DNA of 64,000 bases from Epithemia pelagica (GCA_946965045.2 OX337235.1:2232001-2296000), one strand, 5' to 3'. Shown: positions 34,909 through 45,757, numbered from the stretch's first letter. Made by a program: numbers and translations. Notes: generated by a model not told the origin, from the letters alone.

Positions 34909-35505
34909 ATGCCGCCACGAAGGTCTGAGTGGATTGACTGGCGTCGCAGTGCAGCACGAGCCGTCCTTATTCGAGATCTTGAGCCAGGCGGTCTCCTTCA
35001 CAGCATGGATGCAGTTCCGGCTGACCACTTGTTTGTGTTCTACAAGAAGCTTCCCGAGTTTGCGAATGTTCCTTTCGATCAATTCAAGGAACGACTGAAG
35101 GACCACCGCAAGCAATCAAACAACGCGCAGGAATTGGTGGACCGTGACCACAAGGCGCACCATGTTGACCGTCACGTCCATCCAAGAAAGGACCGGAACT
35201 GCCGTGGAGAGCTGGTCTTCGACGTCCATCCAGCAAAGAAGCTTCTCCGGATGGACGTGGCCAATGGCGTTCACTTGAAATTGACGCCCATGGCACTGAG
35301 GAAGACGCGTCCCGCCTATATGGCATTCAAGCTAAAAATCTTCAAGTTTCGAATCTACCAAGAAGTGAGACGAGTGCGCTACTTCAACTACTTGCGGCTC
35401 AAGGAAGAGGAAGCCAAACAGAAGCTCAATCTACCTGCTGTCTCTCCAATGGACGAATTGATGCGACGCCGAGAACTTGCAAACCACATCCTAGCCTACA
35501 AGTAA
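34909..35505 (+). CDS. cassette ORF A (198 aa), two internal ~55-aa repeats, putative DNA-binding partner of the transposase
   Basis: WRRSAARAVLIRDL...PEF..V....FKERL aligns with FDVHPAKKLLRMDV...PAY..F....FKFRI. Confidence 0.7.
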   Translation: MPPRRSEWIDWRRSAARAVLIRDLEPGGLLHSMDAVPADHLFVFYKKLPEFANVPFDQFKERLKDHRKQSNNAQELVDRDHKAHHVDRHVHPRKDRNCRGELVFDVHPAKKLLRMDVANGVHLKLTPMALRKTRPAYMAFKLKIFKFRIYQEVRRVRYFNYLRLKEEEAKQKLNLPAVSPMDELMRRRELANHILAYK

Positions 35506-35553
35506 AACATAGTAGAAAACCAAATCTCAACTACATTGAATTTATGGATGAAT

Positions 35554-36546
35554 CTACGGCTCAAATAGGAGACTTGTGCCATTGTCAAGTGCATACTGAA
35601 CTGTCACAGCGACTGCACGAAATGCTATGCCGTGTTTCTCGTCCGAATGCCTCCATGTCTGGTTGAGGCATCCAAAAGTAGCCATTTTTCCATTGAAACT
35701 TTCATGCCGAAGACGGATCCGGCTCTTGAGGTTATTGGCTTGTTTGGAATCTTCATGGGGATTAGGCCAGGATATTTTCCCACTGTACTCCTTCTTAATG
35801 TACCCACGATCAGCCACAATCAATTTGCCTGGCTTGAGTCGTTCCAACACGCCGGACCGTTCGAGCATCTCCAAGTCCCCCATTCCCCCACGCACGGGGC
35901 CATATATGTGAACACACCTCGGTCGATGTGCCGCCAAAACAATTTGATATTTCAGAGCACCGTGCGCATGCTTGTGAGAGCAGTTCCCACGATCGAACGG
36001 AAGCATTTGAGTCTTGTGCTTGCGCTCGAAAACTTTTTTGTCGACACCATCCACGGACAACACATTAACCTCAGACTCGGGACTGTCAAGAATTCTCGGC
36101 CAGAAAATTACCTTCTTCTGGAGAAACGCAATTTTTCGAATCCACCCCCACAAATGCTCTCCTCTCGCATAGCACTCACACATGTCAAAGCGATCACTGA
36201 GCTGCTCACTATTTCTCGTGTAGTTGTAGAGGAAAAAGTGTGCAACCATGAACATCTTGAATCCTCCTCTTTTGATTTCATTCGTAGATAGTAGTTCCTC
36301 GCCATTGTCGTCTGTTGCGTGGCATAGGTCGAACCATTGCGCAGCAATCACCAACGGGTGAGACCCGTAGTGCTTCGTAAACTTGAGTCGTCGTCGTTCC
36401 AATGTCAATTTGCCCGCATCATCCACATGAAGAAGCCGTAGGCCCCTTTCGAGGACTTCCGACGGTTGAAGAAACATTCTTTGATTGTTGAAAATGTGGT
36501 GACGAATGCAATGATGGATTCTTGGGGACAAGAACTCTATTGGCAC
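35554..36546 (-). CDS. cassette ORF B: DDE_Tnp_4 (Harbinger/ISL2EU-like) transposase catalytic domain, 330 aa
   Basis: LSVDG (D), SHKHAHGALKYQI, IVADRGY (D), RLRHESFNG (E), WRH...H..AF.AVAV; triad intact. Confidence 0.88.
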   Translation of the reverse strand: MPIEFLSPRIHHCIRHHIFNNQRMFLQPSEVLERGLRLLHVDDAGKLTLERRRLKFTKHYGSHPLVIAAQWFDLCHATDDNGEELLSTNEIKRGGFKMFMVAHFFLYNYTRNSEQLSDRFDMCECYARGEHLWGWIRKIAFLQKKVIFWPRILDSPESEVNVLSVDGVDKKVFERKHKTQMLPFDRGNCSHKHAHGALKYQIVLAAHRPRCVHIYGPVRGGMGDLEMLERSGVLERLKPGKLIVADRGYIKKEYSGKISWPNPHEDSKQANNLKSRIRLRHESFNGKMATFGCLNQTWRHSDEKHGIAFRAVAVTVQYALDNGTSLLFEP

Positions 36547-36901
36547 TCGGGAAGGTCACTCACTAGTAGGTAGGTTTCTGTCTTCTGTCACAAAAGTGTT
36601 CAATAACTCCACGCCTGTCTCACACGGCGGGGGACCCCCATGATTAGGACCCGTGGGAAGTAGGAGAGACACATGATGCGCCTGCAGATTCACGAGTTCT
36701 CAACTCGTGAGCACAAGCATAGAAGGCTGCGCCTAAATAGACATCCTATTACATATGCACATGACAATCAAACAATGTTTATTTGTTATCCATTGATGTA
36801 GATGCCAAACCAGGATTGGCAATCTCGGTAGGTAGACGACTCACTCGCTCGATCCCACCAGGAGATTGTTTTCTCTCCGTTTGCCCATTCGACAAACAAA
36901 C

Positions 36902-38344
36902 ATGGAGATCTCACAAGACGAACTTTCGCAAATCAACGAAGAGGAAGATTGGGTTGTTGACTCTGTCAACAGTGAGGCCCAAGATCAGCAAGAACAACCG
37001 TCGATTGGAACCTTGCAACGAAAGAAGCCGGCGCCAGGTGGATTGAGTGCTGAGAAAACCAAGACCCTCCTTGAAGCCTTTGAACTGTCCGGGGAGACAA
37101 GGGAATCATTCGACCTCTGGGCACTGTGTTCAGCCAACCCGACCACATTTGGAGCCGAAGGAACCGTGCTTCGCAGGCAAGTGCAGCAACGTTGGGCAAA
37201 GTGCAAGGGCCGCTCAATCAGGGCCTACATTGCATACTTGAAAAAGATTGGTGTGACACCCGGTCCCAAAAGCCTCGAAGAGATGAACAAGAAACCAGCC
37301 TACCCCGACAAACCAGCCTTCTCCGACAACGCGTCGACCGCACCGTCCACCTCTGATGAAGAGATCATCGTTCCCGACGAAGAAGAAGAAGACCCATATG
37401 CGATGGTTGGGATTGGAAATCCCTTTGCAAATGACAACGTGGACCAGCTTGAAGCAGACTTTGGCCAGGTTTCTCTTGCCGACGACAGGAAGCCTGCTGC
37501 AAGGGCCAGCGTCCCATCTCTCCCAGCGGCCCAAAACCAAGAAGCTGTGAGGATGTTTCACACTCCACCCCGTCCTGTTGCGCATGCTGGTGGCTTTAAC
37601 CCTGGCCAACAACAGCATCGCTTCGGACGCCTTTCTCCTCTTGTTGCCCAGGCCGCCCGTACCAACGTGGCACATGCCTTTGTACCCACTGCCTGGTTTG
37701 TGAACCAGAACGGTACAGTCAAGAATCCATGGGTGATTCCGATCTGTCTAGACAAGATGGCCGAGCGACACCGCGAGTTCGATGTCCAGTTCGTCGAAAA
37801 TATCAACCAAGACGGATTTTTCACTCGCAGCGGTTTTCACATCCGCCGGCCCGTTGCCTGCCCGGATATGAACGACTGGGAAGCGGACATCCCAACGGAC
37901 GACTACGACGAGATGTGGAGAGGACGACTCATCCGTTTCAGGGGCCCCGCTCAAGATTTTTGGATTCGTGATACGGAGCGCTACCATACGGGGATTGGCA
38001 GGGAGTCGAAGATCAAGTGTGACGCAACTTTCAACGCACACAGTGCGACTGAGGTTGCGATTGAAGAGTCCAAAGAACACTGGCGTGCTAGTGCCTACTG
38101 GATCATGGTTTTCCCACCCGGCGTTCAGCTTGAGAACAAGATTTTCTCGTTGGACGATAACATCGTGCCAGTCACCAAGAACCCTCTCAAGCTAAAGAAG
38201 GACCACCCAGAAAACCTCTTCGGCAAAGAAATCCTGGCCATGACCCTGTTTTGGCGCATTGCTCTCAAGGGAGGCAAAAAGATTGGTGGTAAGCAATCTG
38301 AGAAGAAGAAGGAGGCCGAGGCCAAGAGCATGTTTGAAGACTAA
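36902..38344 (+). CDS. cassette ORF C (~480 aa), unknown; helical N-domain, acidic linker, beta-rich C-domain
   Basis: Intact ORF from ATG 36902, divergent from the transposase. Confidence 0.65.
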   Translation: MEISQDELSQINEEEDWVVDSVNSEAQDQQEQPSIGTLQRKKPAPGGLSAEKTKTLLEAFELSGETRESFDLWALCSANPTTFGAEGTVLRRQVQQRWAKCKGRSIRAYIAYLKKIGVTPGPKSLEEMNKKPAYPDKPAFSDNASTAPSTSDEEIIVPDEEEEDPYAMVGIGNPFANDNVDQLEADFGQVSLADDRKPAARASVPSLPAAQNQEAVRMFHTPPRPVAHAGGFNPGQQQHRFGRLSPLVAQAARTNVAHAFVPTAWFVNQNGTVKNPWVIPICLDKMAERHREFDVQFVENINQDGFFTRSGFHIRRPVACPDMNDWEADIPTDDYDEMWRGRLIRFRGPAQDFWIRDTERYHTGIGRESKIKCDATFNAHSATEVAIEESKEHWRASAYWIMVFPPGVQLENKIFSLDDNIVPVTKNPLKLKKDHPENLFGKEILAMTLFWRIALKGGKKIGGKQSEKKKEAEAKSMFED

Positions 38345-38428
38345 CCAGTACGCCCCTAGTAATTGACTACATAGTAAAAGCGAATTCTTTGTTTGAAATG
38401 CACTACTCCTATTAGTTATTCATGTATG

Positions 38429-38887
38429 CTAATGCTGTCCCTTGAACTTGATGCGACGCCAGCGGGCCTTTTCATTGGGTAAGGCATTCTGTGCAGCAAT
38501 GGCTCTATTGAGGTATGACAAGAACAGAGTTGCAACTCGTTTTCCTCCTTCTCCTGATCCTGAGATCTCCTCGAACTCAGCCATTTTCCTTGTGAGCACC
38601 ATGAACATCTCCATAATGTCTGTATTCTCAAAAAGCATTGCCTCCTCCTTGTTTGATGGGAGCTGGACATCAGCCTCCATCACAAAACTTGTGTGTAGAA
38701 TCCTTGTTGCCTTCAGAACCGTAGGACTTGTTTTCACTTGGATGATCACATACGTGTAGAGGCGAGTGCATTCCTTCGCCGTGTCCACCCATGCTCGCAA
38801 TCCCTTGTAGTCTCCCAGCACAATCTTGATCCTTGCCCCCTTTCTTTCATTGATGGGTGGAAGATTGGACGATTTCTTCTCCACCAT
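38429..38887 (-). CDS. cassette ORF D (152 aa) with KOW/SH3-like motif
   Basis: GARIKIVLGDYKGLRAWV fits a KOW-like pattern; intact ORF convergent with ORF C. Confidence 0.6.
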   Translation of the reverse strand: MVEKKSSNLPPINERKGARIKIVLGDYKGLRAWVDTAKECTRLYTYVIIQVKTSPTVLKATRILHTSFVMEADVQLPSNKEEAMLFENTDIMEMFMVLTRKMAEFEEISGSGEGGKRVATLFLSYLNRAIAAQNALPNEKARWRRIKFKGQH

Positions 38888-39027
38888 ATTTGTCTTGTCT
38901 GTTGCTTTGTTTTATGACTGTCCCTGCAGTGAACAAGAATCTCCCCTCTCACTCGCTCGAGTCGCTCATCGTGCCACCATTAGCGACATTGAGCGACCAT
39001 GGTTGATTATTGTGTTCGCCATCATGG

Positions 39028-39145
39028 GTCGAAACAAACCGAAACAAAGTCGAAACAAAGTCGATACCAACCGAAACAAGCCGAAACAAAGTCGACACAA
39101 GGTCGAAACAAAGTCGAAACAAAGTCGAAACAAAGTCGAAACCAG
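39028..39145 (+). repeat. right tandem array, ~11 units of GTCGAAACAAA, same orientation as the left array
   Basis: Directly readable; ends GTCGAAACCAGCC. Confidence 0.95.
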
Positions 39146-39740
39146 CCGTTAAATACGGGACCAACCCGAAACAAGACATGACACAAACTCAAAACATTTA
39201 GCGATTATCCCAATCCACGACTCAGTTGCGACATCGAAAAACAAATTGTTAACTTAATTATTTGATTTAAGCACGTGTCGTTACATTACTATAATAAGAG
39301 TACAGAAAATAAAGCTAGCTAGCTAAAACAGCGATCAGCCCTAGCTACCCAGTTGCCGGAATAGGTAAAATTCTCTAGTGGGAACCAAAATCACGGGTGT
39401 CCCTGATGGTCCGCAACGTCGACAAGATGACACTCGTAGCAGTGGCTCGTAACAGGTAGAAATGTAGCTTAAACTGTTGACCTCTATAGATACAATCAAT
39501 TAGCATCCAAATAGACGACTAGTAGAAGATTCATTAGCAACCGAATAAGATTGAGTCGCAGAACTAGTAGCTACAGAGTTTAAAAATTTGTCCAAGACCC
39601 AAGACATAGAGTTGGTGTGAGCGACTCGGGGATCAGCACATAAAGAAGGCAGAATCATTGCTAAGAAGGCTGAAGCTAAAAATTCAAACCGGGATATTAA
39701 ATAAATGGTCATGGATCAGTCCTACTTACTACGTGCTCTA

Positions 39741-40030
39741 CCGTTTAGCTCTGATCTGCCGTTTAGCTCCGATCTGCCGTTTAGCTCCGATCTGCCGCTT
39801 AGCTCCGATCTGCCGCTTAGCGCCTTTCTGCCGTTTAGCGCCTTTCTGCCGTTTAGCGCCTTTCTGCCGTTTAACGCCTCCTAGTACAAAATCCTACGTG
39901 TTTTCTCGTAGCTCCTTCCGTTTAGCGCCTTTCTTCCGTTTAGCTCCGATCTGCCGCTTAGCTCCGATCTGCCGCTTAGCTCCGATCTGCCGTTTAGCTC
40001 CAATCTGCCGTTTAGCTCCAATCTGCCGTT
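39741..40030. repeat. 18-bp minisatellite in two blocks (CCGTTTAGCTCCGATCTG / CCGTTTAGCGCCTTTCTG), ~7+6 units
   Basis: Blocks 39741-39875 and 39918-40030 with a ~40-bp spacer. Confidence 0.92.
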
Positions 40031-40541
40031 TTGAGTTTTCAGCTTATCCTCATTATTTGGCTAGCTTCATCGTAGCTAATCCTATGTTGTGTGTGTGTCG
40101 TTTGTCTCCATCTCATTTTTTATTCTATCAGTGCATTGGTTTGTTGTGTCACATAGCAGTGCATAGCACACGAAGGGCTGAGGATTGAGGATGCACACCG
40201 ATCACAATTAGCTACGTAGATAAAGAATAACATTGCCCTAAATCAATGAACATGGATCACACTCAATCGTGATCTTGATAGTTTCTATTATCTTATTCTA
40301 GCTAGCTTAGCAGTTTGGTTCCACATCACGGTGGGTTGGATGATTTGGGATTTTGGTTTGCCATTTGCCATCCAATTCTCGACCCAGAACGCAAAACGCA
40401 ATTTCGCGGTGTTCCATCACAGCGAAATTCCGATGTTGGTCGCACTTGCATCGGAAGGAGAAAGGTATCCAACACACGCATCTTTGATGTTGTAGTTGGG
40501 AATCTCTCGATGATCGCCTGTACCTCCTAATACGTTTCACC

Positions 40542-41184
40542 ATGAAGTCAGTGTTCGTCTTCTTGCTCGGAATCAACTGTGCGTTGGCTTTCGGCACAGT
40601 TCAAGTTTCCAGAAAGGTACGTTGCCAGAGATGACGGCCGTTCGGTGTTCCATGTTCGTTTCATCCCATCAAGTCTCACACTTGCAGTTCCACATTTGCA
40701 GTGCCACACGCAATCGCGTCTGCCGGCACTGCCCGATTCTCTGGAGCTTCCTTCTTCGTTCAAAGATGCTGCTGAATCATTTATGGCTACATCGTCAGGT
40801 ACTGAGACAGAAACAGTTACATCAGCTGTGTCAAATGCCGAAAGTGCCATGTCGCTCGGTGAGGCTGGTCCGGTGATTGGAATTGTCGCAGCTATCGCTC
40901 TTGCGGGAGTTGCAGCCATGTCGGCATCCGGCGATAAGAAAGAAGGGACAGCTCCGAAAGCTGCCGAACCAGAACCAGAACCGGAGCCGATTGATGTTTC
41001 GATCCCCTACGACGCCGCGGCTGTCTTGGCATACAAGGCACTCAAGTCGATCGAAGAAGTGGAGGACGCTGGTGAATTTGCAAAATTCAAGGCCAGTTAT
41101 GAAGCATATACAGTTGCCGAAGTTGCCTTCAAGAAGGCCTCTCGGGACTTTGAATCTTTCAAAGCTACGTTGGGTGAGGCGTAG
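40542..41184 (+). CDS. plastid-targeted single-TM protein with IPYDAAA.LAY motif; intron 40617-40701
   Basis: MKSVFVFLLGINCALA-F signal with ASAF-like site; GTACGT...TTTGCAG intron keeps frame; TM VIGIVAAIALAGVAAM; C-terminal SIPYDAAAVLAY...F.KFK..YEAYTVAEV. Confidence 0.72.
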
Positions 41185-42248
41185 CGACCTTTTTGAATAA
41201 TTTTCCGAAATGGTGGTCCCCTCATTGCGCGACCGGATCCAGAAAAACCATAGAACACTCATCCTGGTGTAGAGAAGAGAATGCACAAAGTTAATGAAAG
41301 AATAGCGTGTTTGATTACATCGAACTTTCTTCTTTCTTGACGCGTATGACCGGGAAAGCTGTATTGCGTAGTTTAAAGCACCGTCCATGCTAAGAATGAT
41401 ATTTCACGAAGCAATTACCAAAGATATTGCTACACTTGATGTTCTTAGCCCCAACGTTCTCTACTTGTGTCTTCGAGGATCCTTTCTCGCAGATCGACAG
41501 GACGTAGACACAGGGGAAGGCAGAACGCGAAGTGTGGAGCGGGGACTTGGACGTGAAAGCTGTGAATGTGATTCGCGATGTATTCGGTATCGCTTGTCCT
41601 ACTCCTACTTTGACAGAGTAGCAGCTATGCTCAGTAAGGTTATGATCAATGCAGAGGAGCTCGATTGCATGCAAATGATCCTAGACCATTGACAATTGAC
41701 ATGTTGGAGTAATGCTAACCTCTAGCTCAGCTAACTCCTACTCCTACTCCTACTCCTTTGGTAGCTAGCTCTACTCTAGAGAGGAGTGGTAGGTAGGAGT
41801 AGCTGCTGCGGGGTATTTAGCGCAGCGAGAAATCAAACATCATCATACTCGTACTCGTAATTGGTGTAAAATAGGAAATAGGCCATTCTTTGTACAATAC
41901 CTATTTTTTGTTATTATCTGGCACTTTTGCTTTTCCATCTAAGGGCCTAGGAGTATTATTAATTATTATCGAAACAATCAATTGCAGATAGATTGTAGTA
42001 GAGTAGACCAGGACGCCTATCATACACCTCAGAGCTCGCGTTCATTGCTGTTGCTGATTGCTGAACTATGGCCTCTGTAACGGGTAGAGCTTGAGAAAAC
42101 GGGTGGATCCGAACGGGTTTCTGTAGAATTCAGCGGAGAAGGCTCGTAGAAAGCTTCGTTTTTTCCGACATGTGCAAAACCGCCCAGCGATTGCTCCGGT
42201 TGCATCGCTTATCTAAAGGAAGACCACTGCGAAACCGAAGACAAGGAA

Positions 42249-42359
42249 ATGGCCACGAGGGAGGCCGGAGATCATCAAAGGTTCGAAGGAGGCTCAGGCG
42301 CGAGGGAGCAGAGCATTCAACAACAGTCTCTACAACAGGCGCTAGGCTTTCTACAGCTT

Positions 42360-42454
<95 letters not shown>

Positions 42455-42473
42455 GCAACAACAGCAGCAACAA

Positions 42474-42505
<32 letters not shown>

Positions 42506-43544
42506 GCAGCAGCAACAACATCAAGCTCAGGAGCTGTCAGCAGCGAACACACTCACCCAACTGCAGATCGAACAAGTTCTGAATGCCGCTGGTGCCCGGA
42601 CGGTGACTTCTTCTGTGAATAGTAATAGTGAGACAGCTATACCAGGGAGTGGCAACGGGTCTTTTCCAGCCCCAGCAAATATGAATTTTCGGCATCCAAA
42701 TGGACACGCGGACAGTACTTTTGGAGCATCCGCATCTCAACGGCAGCAACTGTTGTCTGCCCTCCTCTCCGAGGGTATTGCTTCTTCACACGCACCAGTA
42801 TCCTTACAGTCCTTAGAGGCTCTGCAGCTAAGTTCCGCTGTTGATCGACCACAAACGCTTTCAACCGTTAATCGAGCGCTTCATGAACAACTCTTGATGA
42901 ATGAGCTGTTGCGAAGCCCCAATACAACACGCAACGCGTCTCAAACAGTTCCGTTAAATTTATTGGACAATTTACCTGTGCCTCCTTTTCAGGGATACCA
43001 AAACCAGGCTCCAAGAATGCCAGCGTCCTATTCTACGTCCCAACAAAGACTTGTTGCCGCAGCGCCGTCGACCGATATTGGAATGCTCCCCCCTCGTGCA
43101 GTTGATATGCTGCGGTCACACCCAACTACCTCGGCAAACGTTGTGGGAACAGCTGCTAATTTGAATCACGTGGCCCCGCCTCTCCTTGGTCTAGCGAAAG
43201 GCTTTCAAGGGGTCACAGATGGGGGACTGAAAAAAGGAGACGATGAAGACGATCAACAGAAAAAGGCCAGACCCTTGCCACCAAGAAAGCGTCGGAAAAC
43301 TGTCAACTTTAGAATGGAGTCCTCACTCCCAGAAACAAAGGTGAAATCCATTTTCCCCTTACCGCCTCTGACCGAAGATGACGCGGCAAAAGTCAAATTC
43401 ATTACAGCCAGCTCCTTATGTTCCTTTCGAAATCTTTGGGGAAAACTGGAAAAGGCGAAACGTGGACGGAAAGAATTTTTCCGACGCCGCTTACAGAAGG
43501 CTAAAGTCCCCGTCGCTAAGAAGGGATCGGACCAAGGGGGGTGA
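42249..43544 (+). CDS. polyglutamine, low-complexity putative nuclear protein
   Basis: 431-aa ORF with 53 consecutive Q, basic NLS-like PPRKRRK, C-terminal SL.SF..LW.KL...KEFFRRRL motif. Confidence 0.7.
42360..42518 (+). repeat. (CAG/CAA)53 microsatellite including 23 pure CAG (42375-42443)
   Basis: Counted directly. Confidence 0.95.
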
Positions 43545-44538
43545 TGTGACACCGCAAATTCTCTACAAAATTTTGTTTCAAGTTTTGGGTTTTGAAGTCC
43601 CACCATCTACATCATCCATCTCGGTGGATGGTTGGAGACTGGTGATTTTCCCTCTTTTTCTTTTGTGTTGGAGAGTCTTGTTAAAGAAGTAATAACACCG
43701 CTAAGTTACAGCTCTCGGCAACCCCAGCAGTAGAACAAGCTCAAGCAGCAACAAAAAGCACTCCTACCTCCGATGGAGACATGCGGCTCATAGAGAGGAG
43801 CAGTCCTCGTTATGGCTGCGACAGGTTTCGAGAGAAGGCAGATGTCTTTCTAGCTGGGGAACAGACACTCCTATCCTCTCTAGTCCTACGCTTAGCATTC
43901 TACTCCTATGTGGCCGAAACTTGAAGGCTATCTCTTGCATTAGAGATAAAGGTTAACTAAAAGTCGTGACTAAAAGAAACTATTGCGTGCGTCTCGATTC
44001 TCGATCTCGAATCTTCATCTGATCGTAGGGTTGAAGCGTCTCAGTCTCAGCCATCATCTTTTTTCCCGGTCGCTTGTTAGCAAGGATGTCTTAATTGGCT
44101 TTACTCCTACAACGTTTCGCAACAGCAAGGTTGAATTTGGCAAGCATCCGTCTCACTTTTACATGTAGAGAGTAGAGAAACAGAAGCCATGCATCTCATC
44201 CATCGCAACGGATCGTGCCACCCGTAATTTTTCAATGGCCTTTCACTATCATGGAACATCTTTGCCGTTCTTTCAGATCCTGCCGACGGCTACTAGGGAC
44301 CACTACTCAACCATGGCAGATGACTGATCGCACCATATAATGCTATTTTTGGTGATCCATTCGAACATTGGGCGCTAGACGAGTATACAATAATATACCA
44401 GAACTGGTTGGCACTATGTGTGATCGCTGACGTTACTTAGTCGATCAGTAATTCGAAGCAAGAGTTTGACTTCCCCCCATGCAAAGCGCTTTGGTGAAAT
44501 AATTTCTAGAAAAGCGTTCTGAGTCGCGTAGCGTAGTT

Positions 44539-45321
44539 TCAGGTCCCTCCTGCGCCTGAAGCCAGCTCTTTTCGAAACTTACGAATGGCTGCTCTGGCAC
44601 GAAGCGGTCTAGAAACGGAGGAGGCCGGCGTTACCACTGTGGCTGCGGAGTGGGCAGAGTTTGTGGGACCGCTGGATGATGAAGTTTGTTGTGGTAAGGT
44701 TGGCGTTTTCAGCATGGCGGCTTTTTGAGAAAGAGACTGCTCAATGACTTTGCGCATCACGGCCAATTCGGCAGAACCAATACCAGTGACATTCACAACT
44801 TGGAGAGGGTCGTTCTTGGCGTATAAATCTTGGAACTGCCTTCGCAGTTTGTCAAGCCGTACATTCCACAAATCTTTCAGCAACACAGACACAGCAGCAG
44901 GATTGTCAGCAGTGGAATATGATTGAGACAATTCCCAATAGCGTTCAGGTAGGTATGGCGTGTCAGACGATGATGATATTTCCGTCTCGTCGTCGTCTTC
45001 AGTCGTTTTAGTTTGTGGCTCGTTCTGCCAAAGTCTTTCGTTTGATTTTTCAAAAGCCAATATTTGTTTGAGTGATTCCACCCGCATCCAATTCCCATTA
45101 GAGGGCACTGTAATCTTGCCAAGAGATTTGTTTTGCAGATAAAGGGCAATCCAGAGAGGAACTTTGGTCGACACGCCAGCTTCCCAGGGTCCAATTTGAT
45201 TCCCTGTCAACAACATCACACGTTCTCCCAATCCAAAGAGTGGTACGATATCAACCCATTCTTCTTCGTGAGCGCAAAACCGAGCCAATGCTGATTCATT
45301 TGGAGTCCAAATTGATTCCAT
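44539..45321 (-). CDS. PSF2: GINS complex subunit Psf2
   Basis: EEEWVDIVP, IGPWEAGVSTKVPLWIALYL, LLKDLWNVRLDKLR, GIGSAELAVMR. Confidence 0.85.
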   Translation of the reverse strand: MESIWTPNESALARFCAHEEEWVDIVPLFGLGERVMLLTGNQIGPWEAGVSTKVPLWIALYLQNKSLGKITVPSNGNWMRVESLKQILAFEKSNERLWQNEPQTKTTEDDDETEISSSSDTPYLPERYWELSQSYSTADNPAAVSVLLKDLWNVRLDKLRRQFQDLYAKNDPLQVVNVTGIGSAELAVMRKVIEQSLSQKAAMLKTPTLPQQTSSSSGPTNSAHSAATVVTPASSVSRPLRARAAIRKFRKELASGAGGT

Positions 45322-45757
45322 ATCTCGTCTAAAGGGTCAAATCAGAGGTGCAGAGTGCAGAAGTACAAAGGCCAGTGCATAATGCGAAAGAAATGTGGTG
45401 CGGAGGAGTCGTCCGTCGACGTGCACGCCAGCCCCCCTGTTCATTTTGGCGCCATCTACTCCTCTATGTTTATCCTTCTCCTTATCCGTACTATGGCACT
45501 AGGAGTACCTGTTACTATTGTATGCGCTCGACTTTTGGCTACTACTCCTAGGCGTACTGTCGCTCTATGTAGTACTCCTCTAGAGAGAAAAGTTTTCGAG
45601 AGAGGTGCGTACTCCTCTCGCTAGAGAGTAGATACCCGTCGTACTCGTACTCCCGGCTCATCATACCCTACCAGAAATCCGACAGCCTGAAATTGGTTGT
45701 CCCTAACCTTTCTCCACACTCGAAACTCGAACTGTTGTATAGCTCGTGGGGTGAGGG

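Larger units (their letters stand above)
34736..39145. mobile_element. four-ORF DNA-transposon-like cassette of the PHIS (PIF/Harbinger/ISL2EU/Spy) group, bracketed by 11-bp repeat arrays; true ends not defined
   Basis: DDE_Tnp_4-type nuclease plus three tightly packed partner ORFs in alternating orientation, with the same repeat array at both sides. Confidence 0.72.

Noticed and set aside
34619-35115. ORFs with STLFRLCFDFV / ETKSKQSRNKV repeats (also 38949-39201)
   Set aside because: Incidental translations of the 11-bp arrays
34736-39145. 11-bp arrays as CRISPR arrays beside a nuclease
   Set aside because: Units are contiguous with no unique spacers, and no Cas motif is present
34693-39159. 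CCGTTAA on both sides, and GGTTTCG/CGAAACC, as TSD and TIR of the cassette
   Set aside because: Matches are short, offsets are inconsistent and termini do not fit known PHIS or Kolobok rules; ends left undefined
42130-42622. Poly-Ala ORFs
   Set aside because: Alternative frames and strand of the CAG tract
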